Made by a program: the position numbers and the translations under genes | Shown here: positions 24,159-36,039 of the stretch, piece by piece | How positions within the stretch are numbered: position 1 is the stretch's first letter | Layout: the number at the start of each line of letters is the position of its first letter | DNA from: Chiloscyllium plagiosum | Lineage: Eukaryota | Length of the DNA: 49,524 bases | Assembly: GCF_004010195.1 (NCBI RefSeq) | Contig: NC_057720.1 | Coordinates: forward strand, 26,972,024 to 27,021,547 | Direction of reading: 5' to 3' | The notes under the pieces: generated by a model | What the model saw: only the letters and a program-made list of their open reading frames with translations | What the model was told of the DNA's origin: nothing | The model's database searches: none

Positions 24159-24513
24159 AAAACAGAAATTGCTGGAGATATTCAGCAGGTCTGGCAGCAT
24201 CTGTGGAGAAAAAGCAGTTAATGTTTCAGGTCCAGAGACTCTTCATCAGAACTGGTGGTAACTGGGAAAAGGTTGGTATGTACACTGAAGATGGGGTGAG
24301 GGGAAGGGGAAGAAGTAAACGATAGTTGAAGATGGAGCCCAGAGAAAAAGGAAAACAGTTGGGCAGACAAAGAATTTGGTAAAGGTCAGTCTGCCCATGC
24401 ATTCCTTTGTCTGCACAACTGTTTTTCGCTGGACCCAAAAGGTTAATTCTGCTTTCTCTCCACAGCCAATTCCAAACCTGCTGTATTTTTCCAGTAATTT
24501 CTATTTTTGTTGT
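24159..24513. mobile_element. PLE family C fold-back terminus with 10-bp TSD; hammerhead at 24216-24253 (-)
   Basis: GTGAGCAACA at 24149-24158 and 24514-24523; inverted ends; reverse complement AGTT-CTGATGA-A-GAGTC-TCTG-GACCT-GAAA-CA-TT-AACT. Confidence 0.8.
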
Positions 24514-24752
24514 GTGAGCAACACAGCAGCATTGTCAGATTAGAATATGGAAGCTATCAGGAACTAGGTTCCTGACTCAGAATGGCCAGACCAAGTATAT
24601 CAGAAATACACCCCTTGTAAAAAAATCCAGAGAAGGTTAACTAAAATTATACTATGTCACAACTCATTCCAAACATATGTCCATCAAGTAAAGTAAAGGA
24701 AACATAAAGTGGATTTGTATCATCCTGTAATATTTGGGGTCACAATGTATAG

Positions 24753-24878
24753 AGGAGAAAGTGAGGACTGCAGATGCTGGAGATCAGAGCTGAAAATGTG
24801 TTGCTGGAAAAGCGCAGCAGGTCAGGCAGCATCCAAGGAACAGGAGAATCGACGTTTCGGGCATAAGCCCTTCTTCAG
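24753..24878 (-). mobile_element. PLE family A unit; hammerhead at 24851-24878
   Basis: Sequence identity to other family A copies. Confidence 0.85.
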
Positions 24879-25074
24879 AGTCTGTTTTCTGCCCTAGCAT
24901 GCTAAGATCTGAAAATTTTCTAACATTGTTCCTTGGCTCTATGACAATGGAGTTAATGTGACAAAAGCAACCATTTGGCATAGAAGAATATCAAGCCCTT
25001 TTAGTGTGGTACTGGTTCTTGAGTAAGTGTAACTAAGAAGTTGGGATCAAAGGGCAGGGTGCTTTAGAATAAGA

Positions 25075-25164
25075 TTCCTGAAGAAGGGCTTATGCCCGAA
25101 ACGTCGATTCTCCTGTTCCCTGGATGCTGCCTGACCTGCTGCGCTTTTCCAGCAACACATTTCC
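25075..25164 (+). mobile_element. 90-bp PLE family A unit with 15-bp TSD; hammerhead at 25078-25105
   Basis: TGCTTTAGAATAAGA at 25060-25074 and 25165-25179. Confidence 0.88.
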
Positions 25165-26536
25165 TGCTTTAGAATAAGAAAGAGCAGGGAGTCAGAGACC
25201 AGGATTGATAAAGACAAAACATGGAGGCTGAAGAGTATGATTGGAGCATAAGAATCAGGAGAAATGGTCAAACCACAAAAGACAGTGGGAGAGGTGCTGA
25301 GGGCCAAGTAGGAAGGGATAGGGTGCAAATATGTGAATGCTTCCTGCCCACCATATGAAGGATGTACTAGACCAGTTAGCATCCTGAAAGGCAGTATCAC
25401 ATGGTTGAATTTATAGACCACAATTTGATCTTTAAGTGAAAGATTCAATGCAAACTTTGCTGCAGGTTATTGCCATTCCCTTTCATCTTCAATTTAACAC
25501 TTAACTTGTATTTCCCAGTGACCGCTTATACTGTTCTATGCTTTTAGCATAATCATATCATGTCTCAATCCTGTCCCTTCCTATGAGATACCACATTATC
25601 CTTAAAGTAGTCTTTATGATGTTGATGTGAATTTCTATCAAATTTCTGGAGAAATTAGATGGCTTAAATGTGTCCTTTCCATTCAGCATTGATATCATTG
25701 AAAAACTAGAAGCAAACCATTATTAAAAAGGTTTATGTATTTCCAGATTATTGTTCTTAGGGGAAATGGCAGGGTACAATGGAGATGGGATGAATGCACT
25801 GACATGATAATTTGTCAGTTTACGCATAGCTGTTTATTCCCTGGGGGCCAAAGGAGGCCTTTGAGAATCGCATCACTGCATCCCACAAGGTCAGCACTTT
25901 TACAGTCTCTTCATAAAACAGGATTAAAAAGGCTGCACGTCTACTGTCAGGCCCATGGGCTGTATGTAACAACTGTAAAATCACATACAAACTGGAATGT
26001 TACTCAAATAAATCAAACTCCCCTGAAATAGTCCAGAGATTTATCTGTACAACATCTAAGAAAATGACAATGGTATCAGGAGAATAGACATTGAATCAAT
26101 GTCACCCCTTTTATATGTATGCCCCCTTGTTTTACTCCTCATTGTTTGTTGATAAGACAAGTTATGCAGACATTTAAATTGAAGGAGACTAACCTCTTTT
26201 TAAAAAGGTCTGTTGGTTCAATTTTTATAATTGTTAAAAAGGGGGTTCTTCATGGATTTGTGGAGGCAATAATGTAGAGTTTAAGACATTCTCACCACAA
26301 TCAGTCAAATAAAATGACAGCATCACAGCAGAACATGGCTTGTTCAGTGTTTCTATTGTGTTTATTGTTACCTACAATGGAAAGAATCCTTACAAATTGA
26401 TTTTGTTTTAGAAACCCAAAGTAAGTATGACAATTGGTATTTACATTTTAAATGTTATATATTACCTTGTGGATATTTGCATGCTTGACCGTGAATTAGT
26501 CCATGTAATCTATTTCTCTGACCTTCACACAACATT

Positions 26537-27929
26537 CAAATATATGATTCCTCGTCCATCTCCTTCAATCCATTTTCCCTCCAGGACACCTTTCCCCTCA
26601 CAAAGCTCCATCAGTCCAAGCAAGTCTCTTTCCCTCCTGACAATTCCAGTTTGTCAGATTCTGTTTCACAGAACTACTCAGTCTTCCAATTGACTCCTTT
26701 GATTCAATTCCTCTCCCCTTTCCTGTTATACAGGGGTGCGCATCGTGGTCAGGAATTTCCATTTTGGAGATAAGCGACAATGACAAGCAAGTTAAAGATT
26801 GTCACTTCTGTCATGACACAGGCCAATTTGGCTCAGGTCTTAGCGTGATTCTCAATTCATTATCGATGCAAAGAAGATGCTCCACATGTTTCTCAGTAAA
26901 TTGCAAGGGGTAAGTAAGCAGGAAGCTGCAAACAAGGATTTTCAAGGAGTCTGTGGTGATTGCTCCCATCCTCATTGACAGTGCTTCCAAAGACTTTGGT
27001 TTTGTGATGCATCAATACACATGTGACTCGGTAGAATAAGAAAGAGAAGGAAGGCCCTCTTTCTGGAGATGGCACCAGGAGATGATCGTATCAAACCTGT
27101 CAAGCCTGGACTGAGACAGCAGCCACTTAGTTGCAGTGCCATAAGGCTAAGTGACATTTTCTTCTCTCTGATCACTCATATGTACGAGGGTATTACTCAG
27201 ACTAACTCTGTCACTGCAATAGGCATCTCACAAAAGATTAGTAATCTGCAAGCCTTAGCATTGTGTGCATGATGTGTACTCAAAAGCTCACACCCACATC
27301 ATGCTCTTAAACAAACAACTAACCCTTCCTAAGCACTGCAATTCCTACTCACTTTCTGGGGATGTCTCACCAGCTCACACATTTGTCAACATGCATAAAA
27401 TGGCTTGCACTCGGTCCTTCTCTTTATGTTTTTGCAGAGTCACATGTGTATTGATGCATCACAAAACCAAAGTCTTTGGAGGCACCGTCAATGAGGATGG
27501 GAGCAATCAACACAGACTCCTTGAAAATCCTTGTTTGCAGCTTCCTGCTTACTTACCCCTTGCAATTTACTGAGAAACATGTGGAGCATCTTCTTTGCAT
27601 CGATAATGAATTGAGAATCACGCTAAGACCTGAGCAAAATTGGCCTGTGTCATGACAGAAGTGACAATCTTTAACTTGCTTGTCATTGTCGCTTATCTCC
27701 AAAATGGAAATTCCTGACCACGATGCGCACCCATGTATAACAGGAAAGGGGAGAGGAATTGAATCAAAGGAGTCAATTGGAAGACTGAGTAGTTCTGTGA
27801 AACAGAATCTGACAAACTGGAATTGTCAGGAGGGAAAGAGACTTGCTTGGACTGATGGAGCTTTGTGAGGGGAAAGGTGTCCTGGAGGGAAAATGGATTG
27901 AAGGAGATGGACGAGGAATCATATATTTG
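26537..27929. repeat. Long near-perfect inverted repeat (arms 26537-27029 and 27437-27929)
   Basis: Arms are reverse complements with about 5 substitutions counted by eye in ~493 bp; mirrored ORFs in the track. Confidence 0.95.
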
Positions 27930-27971
27930 GCGGAGGGATACCAAGCAGAAAGATCCTCTCCCCTTTTGAGG

Positions 27972-28134
27972 TGGAGGTACCAGTGTTGAACTGAGGTGCA
28001 CAAAGTCAGAAGTCATGCCAGGTTAGAGTCCATCTGGTTTATTTGAAATCACAGAGCACTGCCCCTTCCTCAGGGGATTTGTGAAGCTTGTGATTTCAAA
28101 TAAATCTTTTGGACTATAACCTGGTGTCATGTGA
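27972..28134. mobile_element. PLE family B-like fold-back fragment inserted in the Harbinger Myb exon
   Basis: Inverted arms; flanking CCCTTTT(T)GAGG duplication. Confidence 0.7.
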
Positions 28135-28286
28135 CCCTTTTTGAGGAGCACGCAATAGAGCTGGCCTGGGATGACCCAGATCATTCCTGTGGCAACAGGG
28201 AGGCAGGGATGGTCCAGGAAACCAGTAAACCTTGGTTCTCCTCAGATGTGCACTGGGGGAAACACATTGATCTGCTTAACCCGAGG

Positions 28287-28613
28287 AGGTGATGGACCAG
28301 TAATGTTATCATGAGACAATTAATCTGGACTCCCAGGTAATGTTCTGGGATCCAGGTTCAAATCTGGCCATAGTAGATGATGGAATTTGAATTCAATAAA
28401 AATCTGGAATTAATGAACATAAAACAATTGTTGGAAAATCCATCTGGTTCACTAAAGTCCTTTTGGGAAGGAAACCGCAATCCTCACCAGGTCTGGCCTA
28501 CATGTGACTGCAGACCCACAACAATGTGGTGGACTCTTAACTGCCCTTTAGGCAATTAGGACAATAAATATTGGTTCAGCCAGTGATCCCCACACTCTAT
28601 GAATGAATAAAAA
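28287..28613 (+). mobile_element. tRNA-derived SINE with LINE-like 3' tail
   Basis: B box GGTTCAAATCT; tail GGCAATTAGG..AATAAA..TGAATGAATAAAA shared with the LINE at 5660-6627. Confidence 0.75.
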
Positions 28614-29619
28614 CACCATATACTGCTTATTCAGCAAGTAACTTGTTCTCTTCTTCAGGTACTAACGGCACCCAGGATCTAGCAGTGAGAGAGGCCAGAG
28701 CCTGAGATCACCTACACTAGCTCGAGCTCAGAGAATGGAGCCTGTGAACCTTCAGAGGACCCACCAGCAAGATATTCACCTGCACCCTCCACCAGCATTG
28801 AGATGGAGACAATTACCTTGGGAAGTACTCAAGCCAGATTAGACTCAGGGGCACAATCTGGTGAGCATCTCATTCACACAGCTTCGCAGCCAGTGAAGGA
28901 AGAGGTCTCTGACACTTAGAGGAATAACAGAGAGCAAGCACCTGCTCAGCTTCATGTAGCAAACAGGTGTCTGTCCTCAGCCATGTGTGATATGGCCAGC
29001 CTGCAGAGAGAGACGTGGGATGATGAGGTAGGAGGCCCTCAGTAGACTGGAGTGACATATGGAAGAGTCCATCGATGTGCTATGTTAGCAGTGACATGCC
29101 ATGCATCTGCCTCCAAGGAATGATGGTTCAGAGTCCCAGTCCAGCAGAACACTTACTAACTGCTAAATTACTGCTTACACCTGTACTTAATTGTCCTAGC
29201 CATGAGTGCTGATCATCAATAGTAAGGAGAGAGGTGGATCAAGACGTGCAAGGAGAAAGGGTGGTGCCAATGGGCACCTGCAAAGAGCAACCCCTTCATA
29301 AGACGCTCCAGTGGTGCCCTGCCCTCCACCTCCTTTCTGCCAATGAGCTCAGTGCCTCCAGCAGCTGAGTTTGAGAGGGGTGTTCCCATACCTGTGTTTG
29401 GCACTCTCACCAGGCCAAAACCCTCTGATACCAGGAAACTCAGAGCCACCAAAATCACCAGGGCATAGCAACCAGCCTGCACCTGGACATAGTGAGAGAG
29501 GGAAACAAGAAATGCTCTCTAAGGAGATATCAGGGACAGGGGTATTCAATCGTTGGATAAAAGACTGCACTAATGCAAAAAATATTTACTTGCACTGTTC
29601 TAAACATAGTTGAGAAAGG

Positions 29620-31000
29620 TTGAGAAAGTTGAGAATCTGAGAAGTTCTTTTGAAAGGAAAAGATGTGAACAATTGTCCACTACATAAAGCATGAATTACA
29701 TTTCCATTGTCACTCCTTGGTACCACTCTCACTCTTGGTAAAGCAAGTGATGACAACAGATTTCTAGCTAAGTGGTCCAGGCAGTTCCCTGGATATCTAG
29801 CACTGATCTACAATAACTGACTATTGTTCCCACATGATGAGAGTGGAACCCTTTACCTACTCACAAAGCCTGCTGATTGATAATATGGGATATTCTGATT
29901 TCTATGTGGGTGCAATTAGAGTCAAAGAGTCATAGAGATGTACAGAACAGAAACAGACCCTTTGGTCCAACTCGTCCATGCCAACCAAATATGCCAACCC
30001 AATCTAGTTCCACCTGCCAGCACCCGGCCCATATCCATCCAAACCCTTCCTATTCATATACCATCCAGATGCCTTTTAAATGCTGCAGTTGTACCTGTCT
30101 CCACCACATCCTCTGGCAGCTCAGTTCATACACGTACCACCCTCTGCGTGAAAAAGTTGCCCCTTAGGTATCTTTAATATCTTTCCCCTCTCACCCTAAA
30201 CTTATGCCCTCTAGTTCTGGTGTCCCCCACCCCAGGTAAGAGACCTTGTCTGTTTATCCTATCCATGCCTTCATGATTTTATAAACCTCTGTAAGGTCAC
30301 CCCTCAGCCTGTGACGCTCCAGGGAAAACAACCCCAGCCTATTCAATCTCTCTCTATAGCTCAAATTCTCCAACCCTGGCAACATCCTTGCAAATCTTTT
30401 CTGAACCCTTTCAAGTTTCACAACATCTTTTCGATAGGAAGGAGACCAGAATTGCACGCAATATTGCAACAGTGGCCTAACCAATGTCCTATACAGCCAC
30501 AACATGACCTCCAACTCCTGTACTCAATACTCTGACCAATAAAGGAAAGCATACCAAACGCCTTCTTCACTATCCTATCTACCTGCGACTCCACTTTCAA
30601 GGAGTTGATTGTACTTTGTATCCAACAGTAACCAGGAATGGTCAGGTCTCCTTAAGCCCTCAGTGTCTGACTCCACACCTCATGAGAATTGAGATGTATT
30701 GTTGGGCAGTTAAGAAGAGAGTATCAGTAACATCTCAGATGCCGTTATGAGTTGACGCCTGTGCAATGCCACAGAAACGAAATGATCCACTGGCATAGAA
30801 ATGAAGAGTGTCTGCTACCTTTAGGATTATCAGGATGGGAATATCGCCCAGCCCATATGACTGCGAGTCTCCATCCAGCAATGAGTATGAGATGTGAGGC
30901 ACGGGATACTGTCTGTCACTCATCTGGAGATAGCTGCATTGAAGCCTGTTGATCATATTTCCTACAAGATCTCTTTTTCGAACTGGTAGTTCGTGGACTG
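29620..31000 (-). pseudogene. Decayed PIF/Harbinger DDE transposase, interrupted by CR1
   Basis: QCSYLQMSDRQ..LKVADTLHFYASGSF..CGIAQASTH; downstream KGFHS and SARYPGNC remnants at about 29780-29860. Confidence 0.75.
29917..30604 (-). mobile_element. CR1 3' fragment
   Basis: LYRTLVRPLLQYCVQFWSP; antisense (CTATGACT)n tail. Confidence 0.95.
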
Positions 31001-31565
31001 CTCCCTCTTCCAGTGAAGACTGTGCAGGAGCAGCTGAAATGCTGCAGAAGGCTGGAGACAAAAGAGCCAGACACCATGTACAGTCCTTGCCTCCTGCAGT
31101 CTAGCACCTGAGGCATAGTGTCTCAATGAGGATGAAGCTAATTGGAAAGGCAAAACTAATTGCAGCAAGTTGTGTGTTTAATGAAATGCAAATACATGTA
31201 CATGAGATTATTGGTACATGGCGCGATGTTGAACCTGCTTTCAAAGTCACTATTCTCACCATCTCTCAGAGCAGCAGATCACTTCAGATGTTGCTACTCC
31301 TTCAGATACAGGCTAGTTCTGTCTGACACAGCTCTCTCTCATCTATGCAAAATTCTTTCCTTGCTCCATATGAACATGCGACATCCAGAGAAATGACTTA
31401 AGAAGAAAGGTTTATCCAGTCAATTCCCGGTAATTTGTGGCACATTATAATATCCACACCCACCTGACCTCTTGGGGAAAGATTAAAAAAAGTCCAAGTC
31501 ACATTTCCAGGGGTGAATTGAGCCAGAGTTTGGAAAGAGGGCCTCAGAGAGGTTTTATAAACGTC

Positions 31566-31721
31566 AGAACATAGTCACGGAGACATAGAGATGTACAGCA
31601 CGGAAGCAGACCCTTCGGTCCAAGTCATCCATGCCAACCAGCTATTCTAAATTAATCTAGTCCCCTTTGCCAGCACTTGGCCCATCTCCTTCTAAACCCT
31701 TTCTATTCATACACCCATCCA
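31566..31721 (-). mobile_element. CR1 3' UTR fragment
   Basis: Matches 29930-30070. Confidence 0.85.
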
Positions 31722-31780
31722 AGAGCAGGTTATTCAGAATGAACGTATCACCCTTGCCCACTATATTAGATGCTCCAGTT

Positions 31781-31871
31781 GCTGAAAATGTGTTGCTGGA
31801 AAAGCGCAGCAGGTCAGGCAGCATCCAGGGAACAGGAGAATCGACGTTTCGGGCATAAGCCTTTCTTCAGG
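31781..31871 (-). mobile_element. PLE family A unit; hammerhead at 31843-31870 with one stem II mismatch
   Basis: Sequence identity to other family A copies. Confidence 0.85.
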
Positions 31872-31998
31872 TCCCCGTTTTGCATTTTAAAAATTTATAC
31901 AACTCAACCAAACACCTCAACCCAAATGCTCTTTTTATAATCACCTCCCTTTCCTCAGCTTTTTTTGTCCTAACTTATGGGAATATCCACAGAAGTTT

Positions 31999-33016
31999 AA
32001 TGGAGTTTATTGTGGACAAGTGTGAGGTGATACACTTTGGACGGAGTAATCGGAATGCAAATTACTGGGCTAATGGTAAGATTCTTGGGAGTTCAGATGA
32101 GCAGAAAGATTTCGGTGTCCATGTACACAGATCCCTGAAAGTTGCCACCCAAATTGACAGGGTTGTTAAGAAGGCATACAGTGTTTTGGCCTTTATTAAT
32201 AGAGGGATTGAGTTCCGGAACCAGGAGGTTATCCTGCAGCTGTACAAAGCTCTGGTACGGCCACACTTGGAGTATTGTGTACAGTTTTGGTCACCGCATT
32301 ATAAGAAGGATGTGGAAGCTTTGGAAAGGGTGCAGAGGAGATTTACTAGGATGTTGCCTGATATGGAAGGAATGTCTTACGAGGAAAGGCTGAGGGCCTC
32401 GAGGCTGTTCTCATTCGAGAGAAGAAGGTTGAGAGGTGACTTAATAGAGACAAATAAGATAATCAGAGGGTTAGATAGGGTGGAAATAGGAGAAAGTGAG
32501 GACTGCAGATGCTGGAGTACAAGAGTTGAAAAATGTGGTTCTGGAAAAACACAACAGGCCAGGCAGCATTCGAGGAGCAGGAGACGTTTCGGGCATAAGC
32601 CCTTCTTCAGGAATGAGGCTGGTGTGCCAAGCGGGCTGAGATAAAAGGTAGGGGGGAGGGAATTTGGGGGAGGGGCACTGGTTAGATAGGGTGGACAGGG
32701 AGAGCCTTTTTCCAAGTATGGGGACGGCAAACACGAGGGGACACAACTTTAAAGTGAGGGGAGATAGGTAGAAGACAGATGTCAGAGGTAGTTTCTTTAC
32801 TCAGAGAGTAGTAAGGGTATGGAATGCTTTGCCTGCAACGGTAGTAGATTCGCCAAGTTTAAGTGCATTTAGTCGTCATTGGACAGGCATATGGACGTAC
32901 ATGGAATAGTGTAGGTGAGATGGGCTTCAGATTAGTATGACAGGGCGGCGCAACATCGAGGGCCAAGGGGCCTGTACTGCACTGTAATTGCCTATATTCT
33001 ATGTTCTATGTTTCTA
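31999..33016 (+). mobile_element. CR1 LINE (second subfamily) with nested PLE
   Basis: DKCEVIHFG..LYKALVRPHLEYCVQFWSP; (TTCTATG)n tail. Confidence 0.95.
32485..32679 (-). mobile_element. PLE family A variant with 16-bp TSD; hammerhead at 32583-32610
   Basis: GGTTAGATAGGGTGGA at 32469-32484 and 32680-32695. Confidence 0.88.
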
Positions 33017-33282
33017 TTTTGAAAAATGCGTCAACTGCAAGAGAAACAGCAGCTATGGTGAGACCGTAATGGGATCAACAATTACGGGTGAAATATTTTT
33101 CAATGCTAAAATAAAAGCATTATTGCATATAGGAGCAAATATGTGAAAAAGCCAAACAAAAACAGCATCTGGGATCTCCAGGGGATGTCTTTTTCAGCAG
33201 ACCCCACCAGAGAAATGGCATGGAAATTGAACACATCATTTATTGTTATTTTTTATCATAGAATTATTTTGTTTTAATTACT

Positions 33283-33595
33283 GAGTCCATACAGTGTGGC
33301 AACAGGACCTACGGCCCAACAAGTCCACACCGACCCTCAGAAGAGTAACCCACCCAAACCCATTCACCTACCCTATAATCCTATATTTACCCCTGACTAA
33401 TACACCTAACTTACACATCCCCGAACACTGTGAGCAACCTAGCATGGCCAATTCACCTAACCTGCAAATCTTTTGGACAGTGGGAGGAAACCAAAGCACC
33501 TGGCGGAAACCCACGCAGTCATGGGGAGAATGTGGAAACTCCACACAGACAGTCGCTGGAGGCGGGAATTGAACCCAGGCAGCAGTGCTAACAAC
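33283..33595 (-). mobile_element. HE1-type V-SINE (older copy)
   Basis: Reverse-complement similarity to 16389-16721. Confidence 0.85.
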
Positions 33596-34299
33596 TTTCT
33601 CAATGGATTGTATAAACTACTGTCAAAGCTAGAGTAAGAGACCAGGAGAACCCTTAGGTAATTCAGGGTCCAGAAATATAAATGTATTATTAAACATTAC
33701 TTGCAACTACATAAAAACAGAATAGCAATTGCCTGCAGCGTCTGTTTTATATTGGTAATCAGCATTATTGGAATATGAATAGGTGAAAAGCAATCCATGA
33801 TTTTGGTGTGAAGCCACTTTACCTGACATTGAATTAAATGAGCTAATCTAATGAGGCTCTCACAAATTAGCTGCAAGGTTCCCAGGAAACTCTGTGGATG
33901 AATATAGTGAATTGGATGCTTAGGCCTGCTAATCAGATTTAGCGAGTACATGCACACAGTGCATAGCTATGTCAACAGAGCACACCATTCTCAATTAGAC
34001 GTTTGGTCCTGCCTATTTGCAAACATTCTCCAAATCATTCTGAAGATTTTTGCTTGATTTGACAGATTTGATAAGCCTCCCACCCCTCATACCAGCTGCA
34101 TTGCTGCACTCTCAGAACATGAAACAATTGATAAATTAAGCTAGTGTGAACTGCATAAAGACAGTATTGTCAGTGAATCTTACATCCTAATATATTTCTG
34201 AATCCAATGAGGGATAACAAGGGGGATCTGACAGCAATCCCTAATGCACTCTGTTCCATCCTCACACCAGGCCAGCATCACTCCCTGAAATGGTACCCA

Positions 34300-35560
34300 A
34301 TGCTTCAGTTCAGATTTCAGGTGTTATCATGAATACCCGTTGCCTAATGTTTTTAAGCTGTACTTCATTTAGAGCATCGTCAAAATCTCTGTTATTTAGA
34401 ATTCTGACCCATACTTTGCATCATTTCATGAAAGTTCTGCTTCAAACCTCATACAAAAAGGTGAAACAAATAAGCCATTTCTCCTTGGCCCAGCTGGATG
34501 TAGGGGGAGGGTTGGTGGTGCCTAAACTAAACTCACCACTATAGACATACACAATCTAGAGTTTGTGGATATCTGCAGTTTGTGGATATCCATTGTCCAC
34601 TTTGTATTCAGATCTAAGAGCCATTTTCCACCTCTTCAATTCTGCACACAAGAAATGTACCTGTTCTTGACCATTGCCCAAACAAAACTCACCTACAACT
34701 GCTCAGTCGTATATCGTATCCCATTTATGTTGAAGGAGAAACTCTGGAATATGTGCTTCCCATGCATTGGCAGCAAACACTTTGAAAAGCTACCATTGGG
34801 CTTGGAGATCCAATCCCGGAGCAGCTGTACCAGCCCAACCCACTGAAAACTATAGTAGGAACGTTTTGACAAAAAACTCCTCTGCAAATCCACAGATATC
34901 CTAGTGTATAGAACAGTTCTTATCACCACATATCCATACACTGCAGAAAAACCTGGATTATGTATCAGTGACATGAAAGAGGGAATACATTTACAATGCT
35001 TCTGACACATCATTCAGACTCGATGAGAAGACCATTGATCAAACACTTTGACAAAGGGTCAGTTAGACTCAAAACGTCAGCTCTTTTCTCTCTTACAGAT
35101 GCTGCCAGACCTGCTGAGATTTTCCAGCATTTTCTCTTTTGGGTTTCAGATTTCAGCATCCGCAGTAATTTGCTTTTATTTTGATCAAACACTAATGTCC
35201 TTCATGAGGCATCCCCTTCACTGGATCCTGCTTCCGAACTCTCAAATGGCTAATGTTCCAGGGGAGGCCAAATAAAGTTCTTCAGTAGCAACATTGACAT
35301 TAATACCTAGCAAGTGCTTGATATTAACCATTCAAAATGGCAACTGCATCAATGTTCTGAGTCACAATGTCTCAACGATGAGAAAGATCAGTGGCAGAGA
35401 GTAAAAGAGGTGGAAATAAATCCTGCATTTCAGATGTCACCCCCTTGTGAGACATCCTGCCCCATGAGCCCAAAGGGTTGTGGGTTGAGAGTCAACTTAT
35501 TGAATCACATGATGACCCATAGCAGTAACTCACAACCTTCAAATTGAGAGCAGCCACTTA
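34300..35560 (+). mobile_element. Decayed RTE-clade LINE 3' part
   Basis: C-terminal Zn-finger remnant CPMSPKGCGLRVNLLNHMMTH; similarity to 38380-39690. Confidence 0.55.
35048..35180 (+). mobile_element. PLE family C unit with 13-bp TSD and decayed hammerhead
   Basis: TTGATCAAACACT at 35035-35047 and 35181-35193; TTGACAA-A-GGGTC-AGTTA-GACTC-AAAA-CG-TC. Confidence 0.8.
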
Positions 35561-36039
35561 TGACAGTGAAAGCTGTCTACAAACAATCATTATAAACAAC
35601 AGTGAATCATCTTCTATTAAATCTGGCACTTGCACTTCAGTATTTGTGTATTCTTCATCTCTTGCTTCACACGAAGGCATGTCACAATGCTGATAAGTGC
35701 ACAGTTTTCAAATTGAAACAGGGCTCAAAAACAAATATAAAAAGACAAAATCACGCATTTTCTGACATTTTTCCTTGTTTGATTAGCAATAACATGCAAA
35801 TGAGATGCAGGAAATAAGTGAGTAATCCTTCAGTTTGTTTTGCACTCGATTTCTTCTTTTCATGCCTCTCCGTTGGCATGTTTTCAGATCAAAAAGACTT
35901 TTGTGTATTTTGTGATAAAGCCAATTAGGAGCCCAAGTATAAGATGGACAAAAAAAAAACACTTGACATGATTTATAATGAGATTAAGGGTAACCTTGTG
36001 TGCAATGGAGCTCTGCAAGATGCAGTCCGAGAGCAATGG

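Larger units (their letters stand above)
26990..29600 (+). pseudogene. Decayed PIF/Harbinger Myb/SANT DNA-binding gene (multi-exon)
   Basis: FCDASIHM*LGRIRKRRKALF..QAWTETAA (about 27000-27125); GGGIPSRKILSPFEEHAIELA (27929 onward after removing the PLE insert); SPAPSTSIE..ARLDSGAQSGEH (about 28780-28870). Confidence 0.7.

Noticed and set aside
26537..27929. Palindrome interpreted as a TIR transposon
   Set aside because: No TSD is seen, and Harbinger Myb coding remnants run through the left arm, the spacer and beyond the right arm
31880..32644. 254-aa ORF as a chimeric gene
   Set aside because: Truncated CR1 ORF2 running into a nested PLE insertion; no evidence of domestication
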